63,947 nt of DNA, filler included, from 8 parts of 8 records of this genome joined end to end with filler, not necessarily neighbours in it; one strand, 5' to 3'. Positions 20,579 through 30,518 are shown, counted from the first letter of the whole stretch. A program made the numbers and translations. The notes: generated from the letters alone by a model not told the origin.

Positions 20579-20698
20579 CGGGTACGTCCTCCCGGGTCAG
20601 CTACGTCCTTTTCACTGCCGTTTCTGACAGATGGACACCCGCCGGCCCATTCGGGAATCTACCTAAACCCGTGCGCCATGGTCTTCGCCGGAAAAGCC

Positions 20699-20935
20699 TC
20701 AGGCCTTGAGCATGGCGTAGAGTTCGTCCTTCAGAGCCATGCGCTGCTTGCGCAGCTCGGTCTGGTGCTCGTCGCTGGCAGGCTCCAAGTCCGTTTCGAT
20801 GCGGTGAATCTGGCGGTTCAGCTCGTGATACTCATCGGCAAGCTTCGCAAAATGCGCATCGCTGGTTTTTAGCGCATGGATCTTGTCGGCGAGATCCGGG
20901 AATTCTGCAGAGAGTTCGTGGGGCGTGTTCGACAT
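20699..20935 (-). CDS. YdcH/DUF465 family protein
   Basis: MSNTPHELSAEFP, DAHFAKLADEYH, LRKQRMALKD. Confidence 0.85.
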   Translation of the reverse strand: MSNTPHELSAEFPDLADKIHALKTSDAHFAKLADEYHELNRQIHRIETDLEPASDEHQTELRKQRMALKDELYAMLKA

Positions 20936-21025
20936 GGATGTCCTCCGTTAAAATGCCGCGTCTTACTGTCATGTCAGACCGGCTGGCGAAATTGCCAATT
21001 GCGGATTCTACGTAGACGCTGCGCT

Positions 21026-21508
21026 CTAGGGGCCAGCGGCCAGATTGTCCGGCTGGCAGGCGCCGACTAGGCGGCCCTTTATCGTCACGCGCTGGGAAGC
21101 CAATGGGCCGGGGCTGCGCAGGGTAAACCGCTGCAGGAATTCGGCGGGCCGCGTTGGATCGACCTGAAGGGTGCCGGTCCCGGTCAGCAGGCCTTCCGGG
21201 AAGACACAGGTCACATCGAACGCCTCGCCATAAGGGTTCGCATGGACATTCGAGACATAGCAGCGCTCATCGATGAAAGTGTCAGGCCGGATGCGGCGGG
21301 CTTCCTCCCCTTCCAGGCAGGCTGCCCCGCCAAAAGGCTCGGTCCAGGTATCCAGAAGCGTGCCGGTCCCCGGATCCTGCAGGCTGGTCTCGATTTCGGT
21401 GTTCACCGCATAAAGGCCGGGATCCAGCGCAGAGATGCCTTCCGCAGCCACCATAAAGGGCGGCGCAAAGGCAAAAAGTAGGCTCAGGAGCAGTCCGGAT
21501 CGCGTCAT
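21026..21508 (-). CDS. Secreted DUF3617-like protein
   Basis: Signal peptide; LDPGLY, four Cys, C-terminal GRLVGAC. Confidence 0.55.
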   Translation of the reverse strand: MTRSGLLLSLLFAFAPPFMVAAEGISALDPGLYAVNTEIETSLQDPGTGTLLDTWTEPFGGAACLEGEEARRIRPDTFIDERCYVSNVHANPYGEAFDVTCVFPEGLLTGTGTLQVDPTRPAEFLQRFTLRSPGPLASQRVTIKGRLVGACQPDNLAAGP

Positions 21509-21573
21509 TGGGGTATCATATTGCAGGAATCGCACCGCATAAGGCCAGAAATCACTTATTTTTGCGCGCCAAA

Positions 21574-21596
21574 TTGACACTTACGTCAACGTCAAA
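21574..21596 (+). promoter_or_regulatory. TTGACA -35 element followed by a LiuR-type operator upstream of etfB
   Basis: CTTACGTCAACGTCAAA resembles the LiuR consensus TTTACGTwwACGTAAA and lies in the promoter spacer, as MerR-family sites do. Confidence 0.65.
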
Positions 21597-21674
21597 CTTG
21601 CGAAAGCTTTTCAGTGCCTGTAGGCAACGCCCATCTATTAAGTCCAATCCCTCGAAACGTGTGGAGCGCTGCTC

Positions 21675-21791
21675 ATGAAGGTCCTCGTGCCCGTCAAACG
21701 CGTGATCGATTACAACGTGAAAGTCCGCGTCAAGCCGGACAAGACCGGGGTCGATCTCGCCAATGTGAAGATGTCGATGAACCCGTTCGAC
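21675..21791 (+). CDS. etfB: Electron transfer flavoprotein beta subunit, N-terminal fragment
   Basis: Manual translation [39 protein letters not shown]. Confidence 0.95.
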
Positions 21792-21891
21792 NNNNNNNNN
21801 NNNNNNNNNNNNNNNNNNNNNNNNNNNNNNNNNNNTTAATTAATTAANNNNNNNNNNNNNNNNNNNNNNNNNNNNNNNNNNNNNNNNNNNN
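21792..21891. other. Artificial contig spacer
   Basis: N44-TTAATTAATTAA-N44. Confidence 0.99.
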
Positions 21892-21934
21892 GCTGGTCGA
21901 CTTCTCGACCTTCACGCCCGACGCCAGCCGATAA
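21892..21934 (+). CDS. ccoO: cbb3 oxidase subunit II, C-terminal end
   Basis: [13 protein letters not shown] directly before ccoQ. Confidence 0.85.
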
Positions 21935-21945
21935 GGAGAGCGGAG

Positions 21946-22131
21946 ATGGAAACCTATTCCTTCCTGAGACAACTGGCGGACAGCTGGGCGCTTCTGGCGA
22001 TGTTCGGCTTTTTCGTGGCCATCGTGATCTGGGCCTTCCGGCCCGGATCCCGCGCGGTCCATTCGGACACTGCCGATATCCCCTTCCGCCACGAGGACAG
22101 ACCCGCCACAGACGAGGAGGCCGGGAGATGA
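21946..22131 (+). CDS. ccoQ: cbb3 oxidase subunit CcoQ
   Basis: [20 protein letters not shown]; position in the operon. Confidence 0.92.
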   Translation: METYSFLRQLADSWALLAMFGFFVAIVIWAFRPGSRAVHSDTADIPFRHEDRPATDEEAGR

Positions 22132-23030
22132 GCACCCCCAGGAAAGACGACATGGACCATGAAACCACCGGCCACCAGTGGGACGGCATCGAGGAATACA
22201 ACAAGCCGCTGCCGAAGTGGTGGTTGTATACCTTCTACGCCTGCATCGTCTGGGGCGTGGGCTACACCATCGCCTATCCGGCTTGGCCCATGGTCAGCGG
22301 CGCGACGGCCGGTGTGCTGGGCTACTCCACCCGCGGCGAGGTCGCGACGGAGATCGCCCGCGTCGAAGAGACCAACGGGCCGATCAACGCTCGGCTGGCC
22401 GAGACCGAGCTGGCCGCGATCCAGAACGATCCCGAGCTTCTGGGCTATGCCGGAAACGCCGGGGCTGCCGTCTTCCGGTCGTGGTGCGCGCAGTGCCACG
22501 GTTCGGGCGCGGCCGGCTCCAGCCAGCAAGGCTGGGCGGCCGGCTACCCGAACCTGCTGGACGACGACTGGCTCTGGGGCGGTTCGATCGAGGCGATCCA
22601 CGCGACCATCCGGCACGGCATCCGCAACGAGACCGACCCGGACGCGCGGTTCTCGCAGATGCCCGCCTTTGGCCGGGACGGGCTTTTGGGCTCGGAAGAG
22701 GTCGATCAGGTCGTGAACCACGTCATGGTCCTGTCCGGGCAGGAGCCTTTCGACCCTGCCGGCGCCGAGGCCGGAGCCGATCTCTACGCGGTCAACTGCG
22801 CCTCCTGCCATGGCGAGGACGGCACCGGCGACCGAGAGCAGGGCGCACCGAACCTGACCGACGCGATCTGGCTGTACGGGGGCGATTTCGCATCCATCCG
22901 CGACACCGTGTGGAACGCGCGCTACGGCGTCATGCCCGCGTGGTCGGACCGCCTGTCCGAAGCGGAGATCCGCGCCGTGGCGACCTATGTCCACAGCCTC
23001 GGCGGTGGCGAGGCTTCGGAAGCGCAATAG
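22128..23030 (+). CDS. ccoP: cbb3 oxidase subunit III (diheme cytochrome c)
   Basis: [25 protein letters not shown] and CASCH. Confidence 0.97.
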   Translation: MSTPRKDDMDHETTGHQWDGIEEYNKPLPKWWLYTFYACIVWGVGYTIAYPAWPMVSGATAGVLGYSTRGEVATEIARVEETNGPINARLAETELAAIQNDPELLGYAGNAGAAVFRSWCAQCHGSGAAGSSQQGWAAGYPNLLDDDWLWGGSIEAIHATIRHGIRNETDPDARFSQMPAFGRDGLLGSEEVDQVVNHVMVLSGQEPFDPAGAEAGADLYAVNCASCHGEDGTGDREQGAPNLTDAIWLYGGDFASIRDTVWNARYGVMPAWSDRLSEAEIRAVATYVHSLGGGEASEAQ

Positions 23031-23229
23031 CCCGCCTGCGAGAAAAGGCCTCCCGCACCCCTGCGGGGGGCCGTTTCGCCAGAAGACCCGCCCGGAACGC
23101 CCCGTTTCGGGCCCGGTGACCCCGGTTCAGGACAGGTTTTCCGCTCCGGCGTTTCGAATACGGGGAAAATTTTACGAAATCTCAAGATTGTTGGCCGATC
23201 ACCGTTGGATCATCAGGTGAGAACGCGCC

Positions 23230-24687
23230 ATGCCCCTGTCGGAACACGGATTGCCCAGCCAGCTCGACGTCCTCGAAACGCTATGCGCCGGCCTTTGCAC
23301 CCATGCCTACGACACCGTGATCCTGATCGATTCGGACCGCCATATCCTCTGGTGCAACCCGGCCTTCGAGGATCTCTCGGGCTACGCCCTTGCCGAGCTT
23401 GCGGGCCGCGATACCGACATGCTGTTTTCCCCCCGGGCAGAGCCGGCTTCGGGCCTGTCCGGTCGCGGCGCCTTGCCGCGCAATGGCGGACAGGTTCCCA
23501 TGCGGCTGCAGCGCAGGGACGGCACGACCGTTGCCACCGAATTGACCACATGGCCCTGCGCGGACGCGGACGGGCATCTCGTCGGTCATATCGCGATCTG
23601 CCGCGACACGACGGAGGATGACCGCCGCCGCATGGCGCACGACGGTTTCCTCGCCATCCTGACGGATCAGCGGCTGGACGAAGGGGCGAAGATAGAGGCG
23701 ATCCTCTCCCTCGCCTGCGATTACTTCAAGATGCCCGTCGCCCTCGTCAGCGCGCTGGAAGGGCAGACGATGAGCGTCGTTCACGCCAAGTCCTCCCTGA
23801 TGACGGTCTCGCCCGGCACCCGCTTCGATCTCAGCCAGAGCATCTGCAGCATGACGCTTGCCGTGGACGGTCCGCACAACTTCGCCAACACCGTCGAAAT
23901 CGGCGAGAATCCGACGTTTCTCTCCTACGGGCTGCGATCCTACATCGGCAAGAAGCTCTCGGTCGGGGGGCAGACCTTCGGCACCCTCAGCCTGTGCAGC
24001 CCGCTCGACCGGCCGCATTTCTCGAAAGAGGATTCGGCGATGATCTCGCTGCTGGCCTCGGGGATCGAACAGCTTCTGGCGACGGAAATGCGGATCCACG
24101 CGCTGCACGCGGCGGCCAACCTCGACTGGCTGACCGGCGCCAGCACCAACCGCCAGTTCCGCCAGCATCTCGACGATACCTTCGCGACCGTGCGGCGCAA
24201 CGCCGCCACCGCCAGCCTGATCCTCTTCGACGTGGATCACTTCAAATCCATCAACGACCGCTTCGGTCACGACATGGGCGACAAGGCCCTGAGGGAAATC
24301 GCCAATCGCGCGCGCCGCGTCATCGGGCCGAACCGCAAGCTCTACCGCGTCGGCGGCGAGGAGTTTGCCGTGATCCTTGCCGGGTCCGGAGCCGACAGCG
24401 CCGCGATCATGGCGGAGCGGCTGCGCGCCAAGCTTTCGGAGCAACGGCTGGACGACAGCCTTCCCCTCCTCACCGCCAGCTTCGGCGTCGCCGAACTCGA
24501 CCCGGATCTGAACAGTGCCGACGCCTGGCTGAAATGCGCGGACATCTCGCTTTATGCTTCGAAGAACAACGGTCGTAACAGGGTGACGAGCAATCGTTCG
24601 GTGTCGGGCATCGACCTGCCCAAAGACCTGACCCGCGCGATCGGGACCCGGTCGTCGGGCAAACAGCGGCGGTCCGCCAAGGTTTGA
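23230..24687 (+). CDS. PAS-GAF-GGDEF diguanylate cyclase
   Basis: PAS (WCNPAFEDLSGY), GAF (SYIG..., FGTLSL), FDVDHFKSINDRFGHDMGD, RVGGEEF, ASKNNGRNRV. Confidence 0.9.
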   Translation: MPLSEHGLPSQLDVLETLCAGLCTHAYDTVILIDSDRHILWCNPAFEDLSGYALAELAGRDTDMLFSPRAEPASGLSGRGALPRNGGQVPMRLQRRDGTTVATELTTWPCADADGHLVGHIAICRDTTEDDRRRMAHDGFLAILTDQRLDEGAKIEAILSLACDYFKMPVALVSALEGQTMSVVHAKSSLMTVSPGTRFDLSQSICSMTLAVDGPHNFANTVEIGENPTFLSYGLRSYIGKKLSVGGQTFGTLSLCSPLDRPHFSKEDSAMISLLASGIEQLLATEMRIHALHAAANLDWLTGASTNRQFRQHLDDTFATVRRNAATASLILFDVDHFKSINDRFGHDMGDKALREIANRARRVIGPNRKLYRVGGEEFAVILAGSGADSAAIMAERLRAKLSEQRLDDSLPLLTASFGVAELDPDLNSADAWLKCADISLYASKNNGRNRVTSNRSVSGIDLPKDLTRAIGTRSSGKQRRSAKV

Positions 24688-24697
24688 CGCAGGTCAA
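24684..24697. promoter_or_regulatory. FNR-like box TTGACGCAGGTCAA overlapping the GGDEF stop codon
   Basis: TTGAY-N4-RTCAA palindrome. Confidence 0.55.
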
Positions 24698-24981
24698 GGC
24701 GCCATGGCCGGCCATCGGGCAGGGTCGCGGATGACCGGGTATCCCGGTCGCGAAGCGCCCTGCCCGCAAGGGTCGGGAGCGCTGCGCCGGTGCCCCGTCC
24801 TGTTCGCGCGTTTCCGGGGGCACCGGCGCAGTCGCGCTGTCGGATGCGCGCCTGTCTTCGTGACCTGACACGCGGCGGCCTCTCACAGGGTGCACGGCCC
24901 CGGTTCCGGGCCACTCCTGGACGCCGGCCATCCCCCGGAACGCCGCGGACCTTGGCGATGGACGGAAGCGGCACGGCAGGA

Positions 24982-25137
24982 TCAGTCGTCGTAGCCTCTG
25001 CGCCCGCGGGCATACCCGCCGAACGGCAGGTCTTCGTCCAGCCATCGCAGTTTCGGCAGGTCGTGGCGGGTCGGCGCGTCACGGCGGGGTTCGGTCCGGG
25101 TCGCCGTCATGAAGGATCTTGCGAATATTCCGAACAT
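24982..25137 (-). CDS. Unannotated 51-aa small protein divergent from LysR
   Basis: RBS AAAGGAGA, then MFGIFARSFMTATRTEPRRDAPTRHDLPKLRWLDEDLPFGGYARGRRGYDD*; below the ORF-track cutoff. Confidence 0.7.
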   Translation of the reverse strand: MFGIFARSFMTATRTEPRRDAPTRHDLPKLRWLDEDLPFGGYARGRRGYDD

Positions 25138-25218
25138 CTCGGTCTCCTTTGCTCTTCGCATCTACCCCGATCTTGACGCAGGACGGCGCATCGTGCGACT
25201 CAGCAAAGGATTGGACAT

Positions 25219-25233
25219 GTAAGGCAGGCTTAC
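25219..25233. promoter_or_regulatory. LysR-type T-N11-A operator GTAAG-GCAGG-CTTAC
   Basis: Perfect 5-bp dyad directly before the LysR ATG. Confidence 0.65.
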
Positions 25234-25235
25234 GA

Positions 25236-26108
25236 ATGGACTGGTCCGCGCTCCCCTCCCTCTCCGCGCTTCGCGCCTTCTCTGCTTATGCGGAAACGCG
25301 CTCCGTCGCCAAGGCGGGTGTTGCATTGAATGTCAGCCACGCTGCAATAAGCCAGCAGCTCCGCGCGCTCGAGAGCGATCTCGGGCTCGCCCTTCTGGAC
25401 CGAAGCGGGCGGCGCATGGCCCTGACCGCGGAAGGAGAGACCCTTGCGCGCAGCCTGCTCGATGGGTTCGGCCTGATCGCAACCACGGTGGAGGCCCTGA
25501 CCGGAGCCGATGCGACCCGTCCGCTGCAGATCTCGACCACGCCGACCTTCGCCTCGGCCTGGCTGATGCCGCGACTGAGCCAGTTCCGCGAGAAACATCC
25601 CGAGATCAGCCTGACCATCGACCCCTCCGCCGTGATCCAGCCGCTGGAGCCCGGCGGCATCGACGTGGCGCTGCGCTACGGATCGGGAAGCTGGCCGGGG
25701 CTGGAGGCGGAACTGCTGGTGCGCTCTCCCATCGTCGTCGTCGCGGCGCCGCAGCTGGTCGGCACGCAAGAGATCTCCAGCCCCGCCGACCTGCGGGAAT
25801 ACCACTGGCTGCAAGAGCTTGGCACCAACGAGGCGACCGAGTGGTTCGCCCGCCATGGCGTCGACCGCGACGCCGGGCGCGGCTATGCCTCGCTGCCCGG
25901 CAACCTGATGCTGGAGGCCGCGCGCGCGGCCCATGGCATCGCCATCACCGCCGGGGTCTTCGTCGAGCAGGACGTGGCCGCCGGCCGCCTGCGCATCCTC
26001 TTCGAGGACAACCGCAAGAAGGGCTATTTCCTCGTGACCCGGCCCGGAGTCCTGCGCCCGCCGCTGAAGGCGTTCTGCACGTGGCTGCGGCGCGAGGCGC
26101 GGCGCTGA
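25236..26108 (+). CDS. LysR-family regulator (GcvA-like)
   Basis: LPSLSALRAF, LNVSHAAISQQLRALE, WLMPRL, DVALRYG. Confidence 0.93.
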   Translation: MDWSALPSLSALRAFSAYAETRSVAKAGVALNVSHAAISQQLRALESDLGLALLDRSGRRMALTAEGETLARSLLDGFGLIATTVEALTGADATRPLQISTTPTFASAWLMPRLSQFREKHPEISLTIDPSAVIQPLEPGGIDVALRYGSGSWPGLEAELLVRSPIVVVAAPQLVGTQEISSPADLREYHWLQELGTNEATEWFARHGVDRDAGRGYASLPGNLMLEAARAAHGIAITAGVFVEQDVAAGRLRILFEDNRKKGYFLVTRPGVLRPPLKAFCTWLRREARR

Positions 26109-26159
26109 GGGTGATGCTGACGATGACGTGACCGGAAACCTGTGCCGGAGAGTCAGAAT

Positions 26160-26173
26160 TTGATGCAGGTCAA
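26160..26173 (+). promoter_or_regulatory. FNR/FnrL box upstream of ccoG
   Basis: TTGATGCAGGTCAA about 63 nt before the GTG start. Confidence 0.8.
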
Positions 26174-26236
26174 GGCTCCGCACCCGGCATGGCGCGAGAA
26201 GGACGTCCAACGACATCCGTCAACGGAGCGATTCCC

Positions 26237-27802
26237 GTGCCCGAAGCCAACACGCCCTCCCTATACGCCGCGCGAGAGCCGATCTTTCCGCGCCGCGTCT
26301 CCGGCAATTTCCGAACGCTCAAATGGGCGCTGATGATCGTCACGCTGGGCATCTACTACATCACGCCGTGGCTGCGCTGGGATCGCGGGCCGCAACTGCC
26401 CGATCAGGCGGTGCTGATCGACCTCGCGAACCGGAGGTTCTTCTTCTTCTGGATCGAGATCTGGCCGCATGAGTTCTATTTCGTCGCGGGCCTGCTGATC
26501 ATGGCCGGGCTGGGGCTGTTCCTCTTCACCTCGGCGCTGGGGCGCGTCTGGTGCGGCTATGCCTGCCCCCAGACGGTCTGGACCGACCTCTTCATCCTCG
26601 TGGAACGCTGGATCGAGGGCGACCGCAACGCCCGCCTGCGCCTGCACCGGCAAAAGACGCTGGACCTGCGCAAGCTACGCCTGCGGCTCACGAAATGGGT
26701 CGCGTGGTTCCTGATCGGGCTGGCCACGGGCGGGGCGTGGGTCTTCTACTTCGCCGACGCACCGACCCTTGCACGGGATCTCGTGACGCTGAACGCCCAC
26801 CCGGTCGCCTATACGACCATGCTGATCCTGACCGCGACGACCTTCTTCTTCGGCGGCTTCGCGCGGGAACAGATCTGCATCTACGCCTGTCCCTGGCCGC
26901 GCATCCAGGCCGCGATGATGGACGAGGACACGCTGACCGTGGGCTACCGCGTCTGGCGCGGAGAGCCGCGCGGCAAGGGCAACGTGCGCCGCAGGAAGCA
27001 GTCCGAGGCGCTGGCGGCAGAGCAGGCCGCGCAGGCGACCGGACAGGGTCCCGACATCGCGCAATACTCCGCCACCCCCTACCCCGGCCTCTCCGGGGCC
27101 GCCGCCGCGGCGCCCGTGAACACCGCCGCCTTTCAGGACGGCCCCGGCGACTGCATCGATTGCATGGCCTGCGTCAACGTCTGCCCCATGGGCATCGACA
27201 TCCGCGACGGCCAGCAGATGGAGTGCATCACCTGCGCCCTGTGCATCGACGCCTGCGACGACGTCATGGCCAAGCTCGGCAAGCCGCGCGGGCTGATCGA
27301 CTACCTCGCCCTGTCCGACGAGCCGCGCGAACGCGCCGGACGCGCGCCGCGACCGATCTGGCAGCACATCTTCCGCGTGCGCACGATGATGTACACGACG
27401 CTTTGGGCGCTGGTCGGCCTCGGGCTGGTCTTCGCGCTCTTCATCCGGCCCGAGATCGAGATGACCGTGGCCCCGGTGCGCAACCCGACCTTCGTGACCC
27501 TGTCGGACGGGACCATCCGCAACACCTACGATCTGCGCCTGCTGAACAAGCACGGCGAGGACCGGCCCTTCCGTATCTCGCTGACGGGGAACGACGTCCT
27601 GCGCGTCCAGCTGGAAGGCACCCCCTACGAGACCGTGACCGTGCCCGCGAACGAGACCTACCTGCAGAAGGTCTACGTCCTTGCGCCGCGCGGCTCCGAC
27701 CCGGCAGAGGCGGAACGGACCGGGTTCCGCTTCTGGGTCGAGGATCTGACCAACGGCGACCGCGCCCACACCGACACCATCTTCAACGGGAGGGCCAACT
27801 GA
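26237..27802 (+). CDS. ccoG: cbb3 accessory polyferredoxin / cupric reductase CcoG
   Basis: GRVWCGYACPQT, CIYACPW, CIDCMACVNVCPMGIDIR, CITCALCIDAC; GTG start after GGAG is inferred. Confidence 0.95.
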   Translation: MPEANTPSLYAAREPIFPRRVSGNFRTLKWALMIVTLGIYYITPWLRWDRGPQLPDQAVLIDLANRRFFFFWIEIWPHEFYFVAGLLIMAGLGLFLFTSALGRVWCGYACPQTVWTDLFILVERWIEGDRNARLRLHRQKTLDLRKLRLRLTKWVAWFLIGLATGGAWVFYFADAPTLARDLVTLNAHPVAYTTMLILTATTFFFGGFAREQICIYACPWPRIQAAMMDEDTLTVGYRVWRGEPRGKGNVRRRKQSEALAAEQAAQATGQGPDIAQYSATPYPGLSGAAAAAPVNTAAFQDGPGDCIDCMACVNVCPMGIDIRDGQQMECITCALCIDACDDVMAKLGKPRGLIDYLALSDEPRERAGRAPRPIWQHIFRVRTMMYTTLWALVGLGLVFALFIRPEIEMTVAPVRNPTFVTLSDGTIRNTYDLRLLNKHGEDRPFRISLTGNDVLRVQLEGTPYETVTVPANETYLQKVYVLAPRGSDPAEAERTGFRFWVEDLTNGDRAHTDTIFNGRAN

Positions 27803-27803
27803 C

Positions 27804-28277
27804 ATGGCCGCACAAGCGAAACGCGAATTCCGGCTGACCGGCTGGCATGTTCTGGGCATCTTCGGCGGGGCCTTCGCCGTCATCATCGGGGTGAATATCG
27901 CGCTGGCGGTCAACGCGGTGCGCACCTTCCCCGGTGTCGAGACGAAGAACACCTATGTGGCAAGCCAGACCTTCGACGCCCGGCGCACCGCGCAGGAGGC
28001 CCTTGGCTGGACGGTCTCCGCCGATGCCACGGGCGACCGGCTGGTACTGGCGATCACGGATGCCGAAGGGCGCCCGGTGCAGGCCGGACGGCTGGAGGCG
28101 ACGCTGGGTCGGGCCACGCAGGTCAAGGACGACCGCAGTCCGGATTTCGCCTTCGACGGCCGGGCCTACGTGGCGCGTGAGGCGCTGGCGCCCGGCAACT
28201 GGAACATCCGCATGAAGGCCACCGCCCTCGACGGCACCCCCTTCGAGCAGCGGGTCGTGCTGCATGTGCGTCCCTGA
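27804..28277 (+). CDS. ccoH: FixH/CcoH protein
   Basis: LTGWHVL, AVRTFPG..NTYVASQTF. Confidence 0.9.
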   Translation: MAAQAKREFRLTGWHVLGIFGGAFAVIIGVNIALAVNAVRTFPGVETKNTYVASQTFDARRTAQEALGWTVSADATGDRLVLAITDAEGRPVQAGRLEATLGRATQVKDDRSPDFAFDGRAYVAREALAPGNWNIRMKATALDGTPFEQRVVLHVRP

Positions 28278-28325
28278 TCTCAACCGCAGGCTGGGTCCAC
28301 GACCCACCACCCAAGGCCTCTTCCC

Positions 28326-30509
28326 ATGACAGCCACGCTTCGCGCTCCCGTTTCCGCCTGCCCCGCCTGTGCCGCCGCGCCCGCCGCCGAGGCGCTGGCA
28401 GAGCGTCCCCCCGTCGACGCCCGCGTCACGCTTTCGCTGCCGACGATCCATTGCGCCGCCTGCATGGCGACGGTGGAACGCGCGCTGAGGGCGCATCCGC
28501 AGGTGCGCGCGGCGCGGGTCAACCTGACGCTGAAGCGGGCCAGCGTGGACGCCGCGCCCGGCGTGACCGCCCAAGACCTGATCCCGCTGGTCGAGGGCGC
28601 GGGCTATGAGGCGCATGAACTCGACGGCACGGCCCTGAAGGCCACCGCCACCGACCGCGCGGGCCGCGATCTGCTGATGCGGCTTGCCGTGGCGGGCTTT
28701 GCCGCGATGAACGTGATGCTGCTGTCGGTCGCGGTCTGGTCGGGGGCCGAGGGGCCGACCCGCGATCTGTTCCACTGGATATCCGCCGCCATCGTGCTGC
28801 CAGCCGTGGCCTTTTCGGCGCAGCCCTTCTTTCGCAACGCCCTGACCGCCCTGCGGGCGCGGGCGCTGAACATGGACGTGCCGATCTCTCTGGCGATCCT
28901 GCTGGCGGTGGGCACCTCGCTCTGGGAAACCGCCCTGTCGGGCGAGCACGCCTATTTCGACGCCGCCATCGCGCTGACCTTCTTCCTGCTGACGGGGCGC
29001 TACCTCGATCACCGGACCCGCGCCGTGGCCCGCTCTGCGGCCGAGGAACTGGCCGCGCTGGAGGTGCCGCGAGCCCTGCGCGTCGGCGCATCGGGCGACG
29101 AGACGGTGGCGGTGGCCGACCTGCGCGTGGGCGATCTGATCCGCCTGCGCCCTGGGGGCCGGATGCCGGTCGACGGGGTGATCGAAGAGGGCATGTCGGA
29201 AACCGACCGCTCGCTGCTGACCGGAGAGACCCTGCCCGTCTTGGCCGAACCGGGCCGCGTCATCAGCGCCGGAGAGGTCAACCTGACCGGCCCCCTGCTG
29301 GTGCGCGCCAGCGCCGTCGGACGCGACACCTCGCTCGCGCGGATGGCCGATCTGGTGGCCGTGGCCGAGTCGGGGCGGTCGCGCTACACCTCGCTGGCGG
29401 ACCGGGCGGCGAAGCTTTACGCGCCGGGGGTCCACATCCTCGCGGGCCTCGCCTTCCTCGGCTGGCTGGCCTGGGCGGGCGACCTGCGCGTGGCGCTGAA
29501 CATCGCCGCCGCGGTGCTGATCATCACCTGCCCCTGCGCGCTGGGTCTTGCGGTGCCCGCCGTGACGACCGCGGCATCGGGGCGGCTGTTCCGGCGCGGC
29601 CTGCTTCTGAAGGACGCGACCGCGCTGGAACGGCTGGCGCAGGTGGACACGGTCGTCTTCGACAAGACCGGCACGCTGACCACCGGCACGCCGGAGCTGA
29701 CCAATATGGCGGATCTGCCCGAAGAACCGCTGCGCGTGGCCATGGCCCTTGCCCTCGGCTCGGCTCATCCCTTGTCGCGCGCCATCACCGCCGCCGGTCA
29801 GGCCGCCGGGCTGCGCCCCGAGACCGTAAGCGCCCTTGCCGAAGTGCCGGGCCATGGCACCGAAGGGCTGTGGCAGGGCCGGCGCGTGCGCCTTGGCCGC
29901 GCCGCATGGACCGGAGGCCATCCCACCGAACAGACCGCCGCATGGCTTGCGGTGGAGGGCGAGGCCCCGCGCGCCTTCCTCTTTACGGACCGGCTGCGCC
30001 CGGGGGCGGCAGAGACCGTTCAGGCGCTGCGCGAGGCGGGCGTGACGGTGCTGCTGATGTCCGGCGACACCCCCGCCGCGGTCGAGGCGCTGGCCTGCAG
30101 GCTGGACATCCCGCAATGGGTGGCAGAGGCGCTGCCGCAGGACAAATCCGCCCGGATCGAGGCGCTGACCCGCGCGGGCGCGCATGTGCTGATGGTCGGC
30201 GACGGCTTGAACGACACCGCCGCGCTGACCGCCGCGCATGTCTCGATCTCGCCGGCCTCGGCGCTGGACGCCGCACGCGTCGCCTCGGACATCGTGCTTC
30301 TGGGCCAGAGCCTTGCGCCCATCCCCGAGGCCCTGACGACGGCGCGCAAGGCGGTGAAGCGCATCCGCGAGAACTTTACCGTGGCGACATGGTACAATAT
30401 CATCGCGGTGCCGCTGGCGGTCGCGGGGCTCTGCTCGCCGTTGATCGCCGCTCTGGCCATGTCGGCCAGCTCGATCACCGTCTCGTTGAACGCCCTGCGC
30501 ATCCGATAG
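28326..30509 (+). CDS. ccoI: P1B Cu-ATPase CcoI
   Basis: HCAAC, TGE, CPC, DKTGT, GDGLND, YN. Confidence 0.95.
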   Translation: MTATLRAPVSACPACAAAPAAEALAERPPVDARVTLSLPTIHCAACMATVERALRAHPQVRAARVNLTLKRASVDAAPGVTAQDLIPLVEGAGYEAHELDGTALKATATDRAGRDLLMRLAVAGFAAMNVMLLSVAVWSGAEGPTRDLFHWISAAIVLPAVAFSAQPFFRNALTALRARALNMDVPISLAILLAVGTSLWETALSGEHAYFDAAIALTFFLLTGRYLDHRTRAVARSAAEELAALEVPRALRVGASGDETVAVADLRVGDLIRLRPGGRMPVDGVIEEGMSETDRSLLTGETLPVLAEPGRVISAGEVNLTGPLLVRASAVGRDTSLARMADLVAVAESGRSRYTSLADRAAKLYAPGVHILAGLAFLGWLAWAGDLRVALNIAAAVLIITCPCALGLAVPAVTTAASGRLFRRGLLLKDATALERLAQVDTVVFDKTGTLTTGTPELTNMADLPEEPLRVAMALALGSAHPLSRAITAAGQAAGLRPETVSALAEVPGHGTEGLWQGRRVRLGRAAWTGGHPTEQTAAWLAVEGEAPRAFLFTDRLRPGAAETVQALREAGVTVLLMSGDTPAAVEALACRLDIPQWVAEALPQDKSARIEALTRAGAHVLMVGDGLNDTAALTAAHVSISPASALDAARVASDIVLLGQSLAPIPEALTTARKAVKRIRENFTVATWYNIIAVPLAVAGLCSPLIAALAMSASSITVSLNALRIR

Positions 30510-30518
30510 GACAGGCCC

